From positions 2,689 through 66,688 of the forward strand of contig SVGQ01000003.1 in assembly GCA_015056245.1 (NCBI GenBank): 64,000 nucleotides of DNA. The letters are read 5' to 3'. This DNA comes from Clostridiales bacterium. Lineage in GTDB: Bacteria > Bacillota > Clostridia > Christensenellales > Aristaeellaceae. Of this stretch, positions 1 to 9,381 are shown in pieces (position 1 is the first letter of the stretch; each line of letters opens with the position of its first letter). The notes beneath the pieces were generated by a model, which saw only the letters and a list, made by a program, of their open reading frames with translations, did no database searches and had not been told where the DNA came from. A program made the translations under genes and the position numbers.

Positions 1-2
1 GC

Positions 3-1256
3 TGCCCGGTGTGCGTCCTGTCCAGAGAGGATGGCGTGCTCCATGGCAGCCTGCGCAGCGTGCCGGGGGTACATATCCACAACTGCCTCAAGGAATGCGA
101 TGATCTGCTGACCCGCTACGGCGGTCATGAACAGGCCGCAGGCGTAACCCTGCCTGCGGAGAATGAAGAGGCCTTCCGGCAGCGTTTGCAGGCGGCTGTC
201 GCCCGGTATGACGAAGCGCTGTTCCTGCCTGCTCAGCTTTACGATGAGACCGTCTCCCTGCAGGAATGCACCCGGGAGCTGTACCAACAGCTGTGCATGC
301 TGGCGCCCTTTGGCTGTGAGAATCCTTCGCCTCTTTTGCTGACAGAGGATGTCTGGCCCATCGAGCACCGGGCTGTTGGTTCCGAGGGCTCGCACCTGAA
401 GCTGTCCCTGCGGCAAAACGAGCGCATCCTGCCGGGTATCGCCTTTTCCATGGGCGCGCTTGCCGCCCGCATGCCCGACCGGGTGGATGCGGTGTTTGCG
501 CTGGATATCAACGAATTTCGGGGTGAGACCAGCCTGCAGGCACAGGTGAAAGCCCTGCGCCCTGTCCGGGAAAGTCTCATGGAGCAGTTGGCCCAGCCTG
601 ACGGCATCCGTCAGCAGGAAGCCCTGCTGGACCACCTGACCGGCGGTTTTGCTCTGTGTGTTGAATGCGAGCCAGCCGTTGCGGATGCCACCATGGCAAT
701 GCTGACTGCCGCCGCTCAGGAAGGCTCCCGGGGCCTGTTGATCCTGACCCATAGCAACAGCACGGCCCATGCCCTGTTGCAGCTGAATCCGGATCTGACC
801 CTGTGTGACCGGGGACTGCCGGATCCCCGCTGCTTTGCCACCCTGATGCATCAGCCCCGCTGGGAGACGCTGCAAGGCCACTGGCGGCAGGTGTATCTGG
901 CGGATGGCGAAGCCTTTCCGGGGCAGGCCGCTCTGCTGCGCCGGCAACTGCCGGACGCGGTGGTTCATGTGTTGCCCTGCTCAGCCGGTCTGACGGCTCT
1001 GCGTACCTCGCTGGATGCCGGCGACGATCTGTGCCGCCGCCTGTATAAAGCCCTGCGGGGCATGGTGTTCCACTCTGCTGCGGAAGCTGCTGCTTATACC
1101 GGCATAACTGCCGTGCAGGCGGAAACAGCCCTGCATGCCTTCCAGCAGCTTCGCCTGATCGACTATCAGTCCAAGCCTTTCGGTTATACCCTTCTGCCCC
1201 CGGTTAAGTGCAATCTCAGCGACAGCCGGATTCTGGGAGCCATCCGTCAGGGGTGA
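3..1256 (+). CDS. recJ: Single-stranded-DNA-specific exonuclease RecJ, C-terminal ~415 aa (5' end outside the window)
   Basis: The frame is open to the window edge. A DHHA1-type motif YGGHEQAAGVTL sits near the start of the visible part and is followed by a RecJ-like C-terminal extension. Composition is ordinary compared with antisense ORFs 239..607 and 981..1292. Confidence 0.7.
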   Translation, partial: CPVCVLSREDGVLHGSLRSVPGVHIHNCLKECDDLLTRYGGHEQAAGVTLPAENEEAFRQRLQAAVARYDEALFLPAQLYDETVSLQECTRELYQQLCMLAPFGCENPSPLLLTEDVWPIEHRAVGSEGSHLKLSLRQNERILPGIAFSMGALAARMPDRVDAVFALDINEFRGETSLQAQVKALRPVRESLMEQLAQPDGIRQQEALLDHLTGGFALCVECEPAVADATMAMLTAAAQEGSRGLLILTHSNSTAHALLQLNPDLTLCDRGLPDPRCFATLMHQPRWETLQGHWRQVYLADGEAFPGQAALLRRQLPDAVVHVLPCSAGLTALRTSLDAGDDLCRRLYKALRGMVFHSAAEAAAYTGITAVQAETALHAFQQLRLIDYQSKPFGYTLLPPVKCNLSDSRILGAIRQG

Positions 1257-1421
1257 TGGCTTTGGAGAAGGAAGGGCGCGGGGTGTGGGCATGGCTGTAT
1301 CACATGCGGCAACGCGGAACAGCCGCCCTGTAGTGGGAAACCTAAGCCCTGCCGGGCTTCAGACGGCTGCTTTGCCCGCCGAATCCCCGTTGATTCGCTC
1401 ATGATATCAGGAGGTCTCCCC

Positions 1422-2759
1422 ATGAAAAAAGGAAATCCGGCTGCGCTGCTGCCCATCGGCGTGTTTTTGCTGTTGTATCTGGGATTGGGCTTGTTGTTTG
1501 AGTATGGAATGAAGATCCCCATGGGCTTTTACAATGTGCCCATCGTTGCGGCGTTTCTGGTGGCGATTCTGGTGGCCTGCCTGCAAAACCGTCGCCTCTG
1601 CTTTGAGGATAAACTGGAGATCATGGGCCGGGGCGTGGGAGATAAAAACATCATCACCATGCTGCTGATCTTTCTGCTGGCAGGCGCGTTCGTGGGCGTG
1701 GTGGGCCGGTCCAGCGCCCAAAGCGTGGCCTATTTCATGCTGAACCTTATTCCCGCCCGGTTCGCGGTGGCGGTGCTGTTTGTGGTCAGCTGCTTTATTT
1801 CCACTGCCATGGGTACCTCTGTGGGCACCATTTCCCTGCTGACGCCCATTGCGGTGGAGGTAGCCACTGCATCCGGGTGCAATGCGGCCTTGTGCATCAG
1901 TACGGTGATTGGCGGGGCGATGTTCGGCGATAACCTGTCCGTGATCTCCGATACCACCATCGCGGCCTGCAACGGTCAGGGTTGCGCCATGAAGGACAAA
2001 TTCCGGGGAAATTTCCTGATCGCGCTGCCTGCGGCCCTGCTGACGCTGGTGGTGGTGCTGGCGGCAACCGCCGGGATGGATCCTGCGCCCATTCACCATG
2101 AATATGACCTGCTGCTGATGCTTCCCTATCTTCTGGTGCTGATTGGCGGCGTAGCCGGTCTGAATGTGTTTGTGGTACTGCTGACCGGCGTGGTATCCGG
2201 CACGGTGATTGTGCTGGCTACCGGCAGCGTGGTGCCGCAGCAGGGCCAGACCATGTTCAGCCAGCTGCTCAGCAATATGGGCGGCAATATGGCGGGCATG
2301 TTTGAAACTTGTATGGTGGCGGTGCTGGTGGCGGCGCTGTGCGCCCTGATCCGCGAAAACGGCGGCTTTGATGCGCTGCTGTCCTTCATCAAGCGGGTAT
2401 TCCGGGGCAAGCGGGGCGGTCAGCTGGGTATGGGCCTGATGGTGGCTGCCATGGATGTGGCGACTGCCAACAACACTGTAGCCATCGTAATGGCAAACCC
2501 CATCGCCAAGGAAATGAGCCGGGACTATGGCATCACCCCCAAGCGGGCGGCCAGTCTGCTGGATACCTTCAGCTGCATCACGCAGGGCGTGATCCCCTAC
2601 GGCGCCCAGATCCTTGTGGCGGTATCCACTGCGGCTGAGATGAGCTGCCTTGTTTCCGCATTCGATCTGATCCCCAAGCTGTACTATCCCTTGCTTTTGC
2701 TGATCACCTCGCTGGCAGCCATTGTGCTGCCGGGGAGGAAAGCGGCAAAGGATGCGTAA
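1422..2759 (+). CDS. Polytopic membrane transporter, NhaC-type Na+/H+ antiporter family (445 aa)
   Basis: AGGAGG at 1409-1414 lies 7 nt upstream of ATG 1422 (MKKGNPAALLPIGVFLLL...). The protein has many hydrophobic helices throughout and a general resemblance to the NhaC family. The family call is from memory, not a search. Confidence 0.65.
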   Translation: MKKGNPAALLPIGVFLLLYLGLGLLFEYGMKIPMGFYNVPIVAAFLVAILVACLQNRRLCFEDKLEIMGRGVGDKNIITMLLIFLLAGAFVGVVGRSSAQSVAYFMLNLIPARFAVAVLFVVSCFISTAMGTSVGTISLLTPIAVEVATASGCNAALCISTVIGGAMFGDNLSVISDTTIAACNGQGCAMKDKFRGNFLIALPAALLTLVVVLAATAGMDPAPIHHEYDLLLMLPYLLVLIGGVAGLNVFVVLLTGVVSGTVIVLATGSVVPQQGQTMFSQLLSNMGGNMAGMFETCMVAVLVAALCALIRENGGFDALLSFIKRVFRGKRGGQLGMGLMVAAMDVATANNTVAIVMANPIAKEMSRDYGITPKRAASLLDTFSCITQGVIPYGAQILVAVSTAAEMSCLVSAFDLIPKLYYPLLLLITSLAAIVLPGRKAAKDA

Positions 2760-2896
2760 GCTGCTGTTCTGCGGCTGAGACCGGTGCGCTGCCAGCGTTT
2801 CTGCATGGGTGTTCCCACGATAGGCAAGGGCGCAGCCGGCAGCGTGGGCAACGCCCCGCGGTGTGTATTGGCAAGGAATGACGACAAACCAATTTG

Positions 2897-2934
2897 ACCG
2901 GCTTCTGTTTCGTGCGGAAGCCGGTTTTTGTTTT
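2897..2934 (+). terminator. Rho-independent terminator after the antiporter gene
   Basis: Stem ACCGGCTTC (2897-2905) pairs with GAAGCCGGT (2917-2925) and is followed by TTTTTGTTTT. Confidence 0.7.
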
Positions 2935-3026
2935 GCCTGTTTGAAAAGCGGGAAGCCTCAAAGGCTGCCGTTGCCTGCTGTGTCAGCAGCAATGGTCAGA
3001 CTATGTCTGCCTCCGAACATAAAAAG

Positions 3027-3055
3027 TTGACAATGCAACTTCTCTGTGCTATGAT
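3027..3055 (+). promoter_or_regulatory. Sigma-70-type promoter of the MarR-DegV operon
   Basis: TTGACA (3027-3032), a 17-nt spacer and TATGAT (3050-3055), about 80 nt upstream of the MarR start. Confidence 0.6.
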
Positions 3056-3058
3056 GGC

Positions 3059-3078
3059 AAAGTTGAATTATCAACTTT
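3059..3078. promoter_or_regulatory. Perfect 8-4-8 palindrome, likely MarR operator
   Basis: AAAGTTGA-ATTA-TCAACTTT lies immediately downstream of the -10 box, the typical position for MarR autorepression. Confidence 0.5.
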
Positions 3079-3134
3079 CGTCGTGCGGGCCTTTTTTCCC
3101 TGTGAAACCCGCACCACTGTGAAAGGAGAACCCC

Positions 3135-3590
3135 ATGCTGGATCGTTTTGAACGGTTTTCCCTTGCCATATCGGAGATCAACCGGCACTGGCATAAGCTG
3201 GCTGCCGAAGAACTGGCCCCCTACGGCCTGAAATCCGCCCATGCCACCTACCTGACCGCCATGGCCCGCCATCCGGAGGGGATCGCTGTGCCAGAGCTGT
3301 GCGAAGAGTGCGGCAAAGACAAATCCGATGCGTCCCGCATGCTGGCCATTTTGGAAGAAAAGGGGCTGATCACTAAGCAGGCCACCGGTGGCAGCCGGTA
3401 CAGGGGCTTGCTTCTGCTGACGGCTCAGGGCCAGCAGGCAGCCGCCCATGTCTGCCGCCGGGCAGGGGCTGCCGTGGAGGCTGCGGGCAGAGACCTTCGT
3501 CCCGAAGAACGGGATCTTTTTTACCGCGCGCTGGACTCCATCACTGCCAATCTGCGCAGACTGAGCAAAGAGGGCATCCCTCAGGAATGA
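3135..3590 (+). CDS. MarR-family transcriptional regulator (151 aa)
   Basis: GGAG precedes ATG 3135. A winged-helix region is visible (GIAVPELCEECGKDKSDASRMLAILEEKGLITK), and the size and layout are typical of MarR. Confidence 0.85.
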   Translation: MLDRFERFSLAISEINRHWHKLAAEELAPYGLKSAHATYLTAMARHPEGIAVPELCEECGKDKSDASRMLAILEEKGLITKQATGGSRYRGLLLLTAQGQQAAAHVCRRAGAAVEAAGRDLRPEERDLFYRALDSITANLRRLSKEGIPQE

Positions 3591-3772
3591 CCGAAGGTGT
3601 TCCCGGAACAGCAGCCTTGCCGGTAGCTGTCGCCTGCGCTGCGCCCCTGACGCGAAATTTGCTTTGTGAAAACGCTTTGGCGAAAGATACTGCCTTCCCT
3701 GCGTTTTCCCATGCCTGTCCAACTCCATTATCAACCGATGCGCCGCCGCATCCCCAAAAGGAGAGATCGATC

Positions 3773-4612
3773 ATGCAGACCCGTATTATTATTGATTCCA
3801 CTGTTGACCTGATGCCTGAAGTGAAGGCCCGTACCACGGTTGTGCCGCTGACGGTCCATTTTGGCGAGGAAGAGTATATCGATGGCGTGACCATCTCCCA
3901 CCAGCAGTTTTATGAAAAGCTGGTGGAAACCGATGTGCTGCCCCGCACCAGTCAGGCCAGCCCCGCCGCCTTTGCCAAGGCTTACGAAGCCGCCAAAGCA
4001 GCCGGGCAGCAGGCCGTTGTGCTGACGGTATCCGAAAAGCTCAGCGGTACTTATCAGAGCGCCATGATCGCCGCACAGGATTATGACCATGTGATCGTGG
4101 TGGATACCGGTTCCGTGGCGATCGGCGGCGGTATTCTGGCAGAGTATGCCCTACAGCTGGCGGATCAGGATCTGGATGCCCGTACCATTGCCCTCCGGCT
4201 GGAGGAAGCCAAGGGCAAGATCTGTGTTGTGGCATTGCTGGACACGCTGGAATACCTGAAAAAGGGCGGTCGCATTTCCAGCGCGGCTGCTTTTGCCGGC
4301 GGCTTGCTGAACCTGAAGCCGGTGCTGGCGGTAGAGGGCGGCGAGATCAAAGTGCTGGGCAAAGCCCGGGGATCGAAGCAGGGCAACAACCTGCTGGTAA
4401 GCGAGATCGACAAGGCCGGCGGCGTCAACTTTGATATGCCGGTACTGCTGGGGTATACGGGCCTGTCCGATACGCTTCTGCAAAAGTACATCCATGACAG
4501 TGAAGCCCTCTGGGCCCACAGCAAAACGGCCCTCAACGCAACCATCATCGGCAGCGTGATCGGTACCCATGCGGGTCCCGGTGCGATCGCTGTGGCGTTT
4601 TTCGCGCGGTAA
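3773..4612 (+). CDS. DegV-family (fatty-acid-binding) protein (279 aa)
   Basis: AAAGGAGAG lies upstream of ATG 3773. The protein starts MQTRIIIDSTVDL and is DegV-like throughout (SQASPAAF..., LEYLKKGGRIS). The 62-aa Pro/Ala-rich extension from ATG 3587 was rejected. Confidence 0.85.
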   Translation: MQTRIIIDSTVDLMPEVKARTTVVPLTVHFGEEEYIDGVTISHQQFYEKLVETDVLPRTSQASPAAFAKAYEAAKAAGQQAVVLTVSEKLSGTYQSAMIAAQDYDHVIVVDTGSVAIGGGILAEYALQLADQDLDARTIALRLEEAKGKICVVALLDTLEYLKKGGRISSAAAFAGGLLNLKPVLAVEGGEIKVLGKARGSKQGNNLLVSEIDKAGGVNFDMPVLLGYTGLSDTLLQKYIHDSEALWAHSKTALNATIIGSVIGTHAGPGAIAVAFFAR

Positions 4613-4620
4613 GGGCAACA

Positions 4621-4676
4621 AAAGAACCTCCGAAGAGGCGTGCTTGACGCACTGCCCATTCGGAGGTTCTTTTCTG
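4621..4676. terminator. Bidirectional terminator between the convergent DegV gene and the 603-aa gene
   Basis: A 14-bp stem AAAGAACCTCCGAA (4621-4634) pairs with TTCGGAGGTTCTTT (4659-4672), with A/T tracts on both sides. Confidence 0.7.
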
Positions 4677-4719
4677 TAAGGATCATATGGCTGCGGGCAG
4701 GGATTTGCCCCCAGACCCA

Positions 4720-6531
4720 TTATCCCTCATACGGATTGGTATGCAGATAGCTGTCCTCGATCGCTCCGGAGGCATCCGCGCCGATGACCTCGAAGAACAT
4801 CAGGCTGCCGCCCGCCATGGGCACGGGGAAGGAAAACTCCGGCGGCTCGGGGATCACGGTGGTGGCGTCCGCCATATGGGAGGGCAGGGACAGGGCGATG
4901 CGCTCCGTGTACTCTGCGCCGGTCTCCAGATTACGCAGACCCTTGCATTCGCCGCGGACGATGATGTTGACCGTATCCTGCATGGGGTTGTAGGACTGGA
5001 TGGCGTAGGTGTTGTTATCGTAGGCCAGGAAGGAGTGACGGCCTTCGCCTGCCATATAGACCCGCTGGCCCATGCTGATGTGCTTGGCAATGCCCTGCCA
5101 GACCTCCCGGGGCAGTTTGTAGAGATCGGCAAAATTTTCGGGCACATTGAGGATGAACAGGCGGCCCTTGCCGTAGCTGTCCTCGGTCATCAGGGGGAAG
5201 GTATGCTCCCCGGCGATGAGGCCCACATCGGGGCAGGTGGCGTTGGTCTTGTAGGAGAGGATCTCGAAGAGCAGCTTCTCATGACCCTTGCAGAAGGCGT
5301 TCTCCCGGTAGTTGTAGTGGGAGATCATGTATTCGTCGCAGAGCACATGACGGTGGGTCAGGCGCACGGAGGTGAGATCCTTCATGCCGTTATCGTAGTT
5401 CTGGCGGAAGAAACCGGTGGTGACCACCGCGTTGCCGCCCCGGCGCAGGTAGGCTTCCAGCTTGTTCATGGCGGTGGGGTCGCAGGCAGTGCTTTCGGTA
5501 AAGAGCACCACGGGAGCGGTTTCGTCAAAGTAGGGGGAAGGTTCCACGGCGATGCCGCCCATGCCCAGATAGTTGTACAGCTGATCCTCGCCGTCGCCGT
5601 CAAAGGGTTCCCAGGCCGCCACGCCAATGGGGTTGCCCAGCTTGCCCAGCACCTGATCCATGCGGATCAGCTCGTGGCCCAGAGCGGGCAGCAGGGCGGT
5701 GTTCTCCATCACGGAGAAGTTGAAGAGCATCAGTTCTTTGGCCTTGGCCAGCATGGTCATATCCGCTTGCTGGAGATAGAAATTCATGTTGGCAGTGGAG
5801 CCGAAGGGGTCGATCCAGCCGCCGCCATTGCGTCCGGGGGCGGTGTTTTCCATCAGGCGGATGATGGAATAGGACAGGTACCGCTGCAGGTGCTGGGCCG
5901 AGTACTGAGGATCGCGGGTCTCGGTGCCGGTGTAGACCATATCGAAGATATCCTTCTGCTTGCCGGGGTTGTAGCCGCATTCCTGATAGCTTTCGTACCA
6001 GTTGGGGTATTTGATGATGAAATTCACCTTGGGGTTGACACGCTTGGCTTCGTCCACGATCACATGGGCAAAGTCCTCCATCATATGGAGCCGGTAGTCC
6101 TTCCAGCTGTGCTTGCCCTTGGCCTGGATGCACATCTCACAGGTGCAGCTGGTGAAGAAGAAGTCGTCCAGAATGATCTCGTCAAACACGGAGGCGATAT
6201 CCCGCACGATCTGCACGTAGCGCTCCCGGTGGGCGGGATCGGTGTAGCAGAAGGTGTCGTAGTAGGAGGGCTTGCGCTCACCGTTGACCAGCACGGTGGA
6301 GGTGATGCCGCCGGAAGTTTCGATGCCGTTGCGTTCAAACAGTTCCTTTACCTGACGCAGACGCTCCACGGAAATATCCACCAGACCCCGGTGGTTTTCG
6401 ATATAGACCTTGTCCAGATGCACATAGTGCTTGTAGTAGTCGATGGCTTTCTGAATGTCCGCGTCGGTGGCGGTGTGGATGTAGTAGGCATAGACGTATG
6501 CCGCCAGCTTGAAATGCTTGTAGGATTCCAT
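4720..6531 (-). CDS. Conserved hypothetical protein (603 aa); possible TIM-barrel glycosidase-like fold, speculative
   Basis: ATG 6531 has GGAGG 7 nt upstream, while the upstream ATG at 6597 lacks an RBS. Composition is ordinary, in contrast to the Gly/Val/His-rich antisense ORF 4687..6642. No family was recognised with confidence. Confidence 0.8.
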   Translation of the reverse strand: MESYKHFKLAAYVYAYYIHTATDADIQKAIDYYKHYVHLDKVYIENHRGLVDISVERLRQVKELFERNGIETSGGITSTVLVNGERKPSYYDTFCYTDPAHRERYVQIVRDIASVFDEIILDDFFFTSCTCEMCIQAKGKHSWKDYRLHMMEDFAHVIVDEAKRVNPKVNFIIKYPNWYESYQECGYNPGKQKDIFDMVYTGTETRDPQYSAQHLQRYLSYSIIRLMENTAPGRNGGGWIDPFGSTANMNFYLQQADMTMLAKAKELMLFNFSVMENTALLPALGHELIRMDQVLGKLGNPIGVAAWEPFDGDGEDQLYNYLGMGGIAVEPSPYFDETAPVVLFTESTACDPTAMNKLEAYLRRGGNAVVTTGFFRQNYDNGMKDLTSVRLTHRHVLCDEYMISHYNYRENAFCKGHEKLLFEILSYKTNATCPDVGLIAGEHTFPLMTEDSYGKGRLFILNVPENFADLYKLPREVWQGIAKHISMGQRVYMAGEGRHSFLAYDNNTYAIQSYNPMQDTVNIIVRGECKGLRNLETGAEYTERIALSLPSHMADATTVIPEPPEFSFPVPMAGGSLMFFEVIGADASGAIEDSYLHTNPYEG

Positions 6532-6734
6532 GATACAGCCTCCTTGGGCGTTGTTGATTGTTGGCAACATGGTATCACGAAAACGTTGGAAATTCAAGCG
6601 GGCGCAGAAGGGAGAAGAAAGGTAATGACAGTTATTTTTTGATGCGCCTCTACAGCTTGATGGCTTTGATCTGCTTGTGCATTGCTGCTGCGGGTGCTAT
6701 ACTGGCCCTGTATGACGCGAAGGGAGGGATGCGC

Positions 6735-7529
6735 ATGCATCGCCTGTATCTGGTGGAAGGGCTGCCCTGCTCGGGCAAGAGCACCACATCGGCGTATGTG
6801 GCCTCTTTATGGAAAGAACCAGTCTGTTTTGTGGATGAGGGCACCGGTGACCATCCTGCGGATTACGAGTTCCATGCGCTGGCTCCTGCCGGGATGGTGG
6901 GGGAGGAAAGCCGCATCGTGCCCCTGAGCAGCTACAGCGGAGAGATGTTCGACCGTCTTTTGCAATACAAGATCTACGATTTTCTGCCGTGGGATGTGGA
7001 AAAGCCCCTGATGCTGGACAGATGGCGGCAGTTTGTGGCATCTGCGCAGGCAGACACCCGGTATGTGTTCAACTGTGTGCTTTTGCAGAACCCTATGTGC
7101 GAAACCATGATGCGCTTTGGCTTTGCCCCGGAGGTTTCGGAAGGCTATATCGGTGAGATCGCCCGGATCACAGAACCCATGGAGCCGGTGGTGATCTACC
7201 TGCGGAATGAGGATATCGCCGCCTCGGTGGAGAAAGCCTCGGCAGAGCGTCCGGGCTGGCTGGAGGGCGTGATCGATTATCATGTGAATGGCGCGTATGG
7301 CAAAAGCATTGGTGCGCAAGGTTTTGATGGATATATCCAGTGCCTTGAGGAACGCCAGCGCAGGGAGCTGGATATCCTGAGCAGGCTGCCGGTGCGCAGT
7401 CTGGTAGTGAACAATCCCCAACGGGATTGGGCTGGGGCCAGGGAGAGCATCCGCGAGTTTGTGGGCTCTGTTCACACCCGGGCTGTAGTATGTAAAGGGG
7501 AGTTTATGACGCTCCCCAATACATCCTGA
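6735..7529 (+). CDS. P-loop NTPase/kinase-like protein (264 aa)
   Basis: GGGAGGG at 6722-6728 is followed by ATG 6735 (MHRLYLVEGLPCSGKSTTSAYV). GLPCSGKST matches Walker A (GxxxxGKS/T). ATG 6729 is too close to the RBS. The upstream part of ORF 6558.. overlaps the divergent gene's start region. Confidence 0.7.
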   Translation: MHRLYLVEGLPCSGKSTTSAYVASLWKEPVCFVDEGTGDHPADYEFHALAPAGMVGEESRIVPLSSYSGEMFDRLLQYKIYDFLPWDVEKPLMLDRWRQFVASAQADTRYVFNCVLLQNPMCETMMRFGFAPEVSEGYIGEIARITEPMEPVVIYLRNEDIAASVEKASAERPGWLEGVIDYHVNGAYGKSIGAQGFDGYIQCLEERQRRELDILSRLPVRSLVVNNPQRDWAGARESIREFVGSVHTRAVVCKGEFMTLPNTS

Positions 7530-7591
7530 CTGCGGCTCATTTGTGGTGAATGAAAGCGGTTATGAAGAAAGGGGTAGCATTTTAGCCATAA

Positions 7592-8629
7592 CCGATTTTT
7601 CACAAACTACGAAAGGATCATACCAAGGTAATCCATCCAAGGGACGAATGGTTGATTTTTGAAAACACCCATGAGGCAATCGTCGATAAAGAAACATGGG
7701 AACTTGCTCAGAAACTGCGTCAGACGCCAAGACGGCACGATTCTTTTGAACATGCAAACCCATTGACCGGCCTTTTATTCTGTGCAGATTGCGGAGCGAA
7801 GATGTACAATCGTCGTTCACGGGCCAATCCTGAAAAGGGACATAGATCCCGCGACTGCTATGAATGTTCAACGCACAAGCTGACCGGTCGCTACAAAGAA
7901 GATAAATGCTGCACGCACAATATTTCAACCAAAGCGGTTCGCGAATTGGTGCTGGAAGCAATTCGCCAAGTCAGCAAATACGCTTTGGAAAATGAAGAAG
8001 CGTTCGTTCAGCAAATCCGCAAGGAAGCGGAGATTCAGTATGAAGCTGCCGCCAAAGACCTACGCAAGAAAATCCGAAAAGATCAACGTCGCCGGGATGA
8101 ACTGGATGTGCTGTTGAAACGATTGTACGAATCCTATGCCTTGGGTAAGCTGCCGGAGAAGCGATACGAAGCATTGTCTGCTGAGTATGAACAGGAGCAG
8201 GCGGCGTTAGAGATTTCGCTGGCAGAAGATCAGCACAGGTTGGAAATCTTTCTTGAGGATACCACCCGGATTGATCAGTTTATGGAACTGGCAAAAAAGT
8301 ATACTGATCTTTCCGAACTGACCACCCCCATGCTCAATGAATTCGTTGACAAGATTCTCGTACACGCACCGGTAAAAGATCCGAAATACGGGCGAATGCA
8401 ACAGGTGGATGTGTATCTGAACTTTGTCGGCTGTGTGCAAATTCCTTCGCCAGAGCCAACAGCAGAAGAACTTGAAGAACTGGAGCGCCTGGCACGGCGC
8501 AGAGAGATCAACAAACGAACGTATGCCAGGCGGAAGGAACGGGAAAGGCAGAAAAAACTCTTGGCTTTGGAGCAGGCTGGTCAGGAAGGGAAAACGTTTT
8601 TATCAGCCATGAATCAGGCAGATGGATAA
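7592..8629 (+). pseudogene. Large serine recombinase, 5'-truncated (catalytic resolvase domain missing)
   Basis: The frame is closed by TAA at 7589-7591. The visible product begins inside the recombinase domain (...HPRDEWLIFENTHEAIVDKETWELAQ). It continues through the Zn-ribbon (CADCGAKM...CYECSTHK), a long coiled coil and a DUF4368-like tail (LNEFVDKILVHAP...VDVYLNFVG). The only possible start is a TTG at 7652. Confidence 0.8.
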
Positions 8630-8667
8630 TCCACCTATCCGGAGTACCGATGTTCAGACTATCTGAC

Positions 8668-8813
8668 CCCTCACTTTGTGAGGGCGCAATTATACGCACG
8701 GTGCCCGTGCATTGCGCTCCCTGAGAGGCATTACATGCAGCTCGCTGGCAGAGGGGATTTCCCCCTTTGCCAGCACCAGGGAGGCAAGCCCTCCCTGCGC
8801 CGATTCCATCGGC
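8668..8813 (+). other. Cluster of five consecutive GC-rich stem-loops (candidate structured RNA or recombination site)
   Basis: Hairpins: 8668-8684 (CCCTCAC/GTGAGGG); 8684-8717 (GCGCAAT/ATTGCGC with inner CACGG/CCGTG); 8745-8773 (CTGGCAGAGGGG/CCCCTTTGCCAG); 8777-8797 (CAGGGAGG/CCTCCCTG); 8799-8813 (GCCGAT/ATCGGC). Confidence 0.4.
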
Positions 8814-8950
8814 TACCCATCAGACAGTGCTGATGTGATGAATAAAAGGAGATGATATCATAGTATTCATCTCATACTCAGCATTCTTTGAATGTGTAGC
8901 CGTATGATTCATCATGCTCAAATGGGGATTGGGGATTTTTCCCCAACAAG

Positions 8951-8992
8951 AAAAACCGACAGAGAAGCAGCTGGCTCTCTCTGTCGGTTTTT
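8951..8992. terminator. Bidirectional terminator-like hairpin
   Basis: A perfect 15-bp stem, AAAAACCGACAGAGA (8951-8965) with TCTCTGTCGGTTTTT (8978-8992). Confidence 0.5.
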
Positions 8993-9205
8993 CTCATGTG
9001 TGGCCACACATGCATTGCTTGCTGCTATAAATTGTTTCTCGCTTTTTGATCTATCGAACTACGTGAAAAAAATGGATGGGCTTGTTGTGTATGTGGCAGA
9101 CTATATCATGGAACATGAGATTACTGTATACATAACATCGGAAAAAACATCTAGGGCTTAATATGAAATATCAAAAAACTCCTTATCCCCCCTATCAAAC
9201 AGCAC

Positions 9206-9247
9206 CGCCATCCGCTAGTTTATTCACATCGCGGATGGCGTTTTTTT
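9206..9247 (+). terminator. Rho-independent terminator (upstream transcript unknown)
   Basis: CGCCATCCGC (9206-9215) pairs with GCGGATGGCG (9231-9240) and is followed by TTTTTTT. Confidence 0.55.
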
Positions 9248-9381
9248 CTCGTTTCAATCAAACAATCTGCAATTGAAATGGTTATGATAATCAAAAAACA
9301 GAATGCTTCCTGCTGAAAACATGAAATACAAACGAGTGATACAACCGTCAGCTCCAGACAGATCGGGCTTGATTGACAAGC

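Noticed and set aside
1407-3734. Minus-strand ORFs 1407..2099 (230 aa) and 2958..3734 (258 aa)
   Set aside because: They are Arg/His/Gln/Gly-rich antisense shadows of the antiporter and MarR/DegV genes.
3587-3772. Longer N-terminal extensions offered by the ORF track (DegV from 3587; also 1401, 6558, 6597, 10382, 11293, 21608, 25327, 30155, 55414)
   Set aside because: The extensions lack RBSs, have atypical composition, or precede an internal ATG with a strong RBS plus a proper N-terminus (signal peptide, lipobox or domain start).
4687-6642. 651-aa plus-strand ORF overlapping the 603-aa minus-strand gene
   Set aside because: Its composition is Gly/Val/His/Ala-rich and repetitive, and it has no RBS. 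The minus-strand frame has normal composition and a GGAGG-ATG start.
7652-8629. Treating the 325-aa ORF as an intact small gene
   Set aside because: It starts only at a TTG. Homology to the serine-recombinase domain clearly continues upstream to a stop at 7589. The catalytic domain is absent, so it is a truncated pseudogene.
8892-9161. 89-aa plus-strand ORF in the spacer after the recombinase remnant
   Set aside because: It contains a perfect 15-bp terminator-like hairpin (8951-8992) in its middle. It has no RBS and an odd composition.
9163-9222. 19-codon mini-ORF (MKYQKTPYPPYQTAPPSAS) just before the terminator at 9206
   Set aside because: It is too short, it overlaps the terminator stem, and there is no supporting RBS or conservation evidence.
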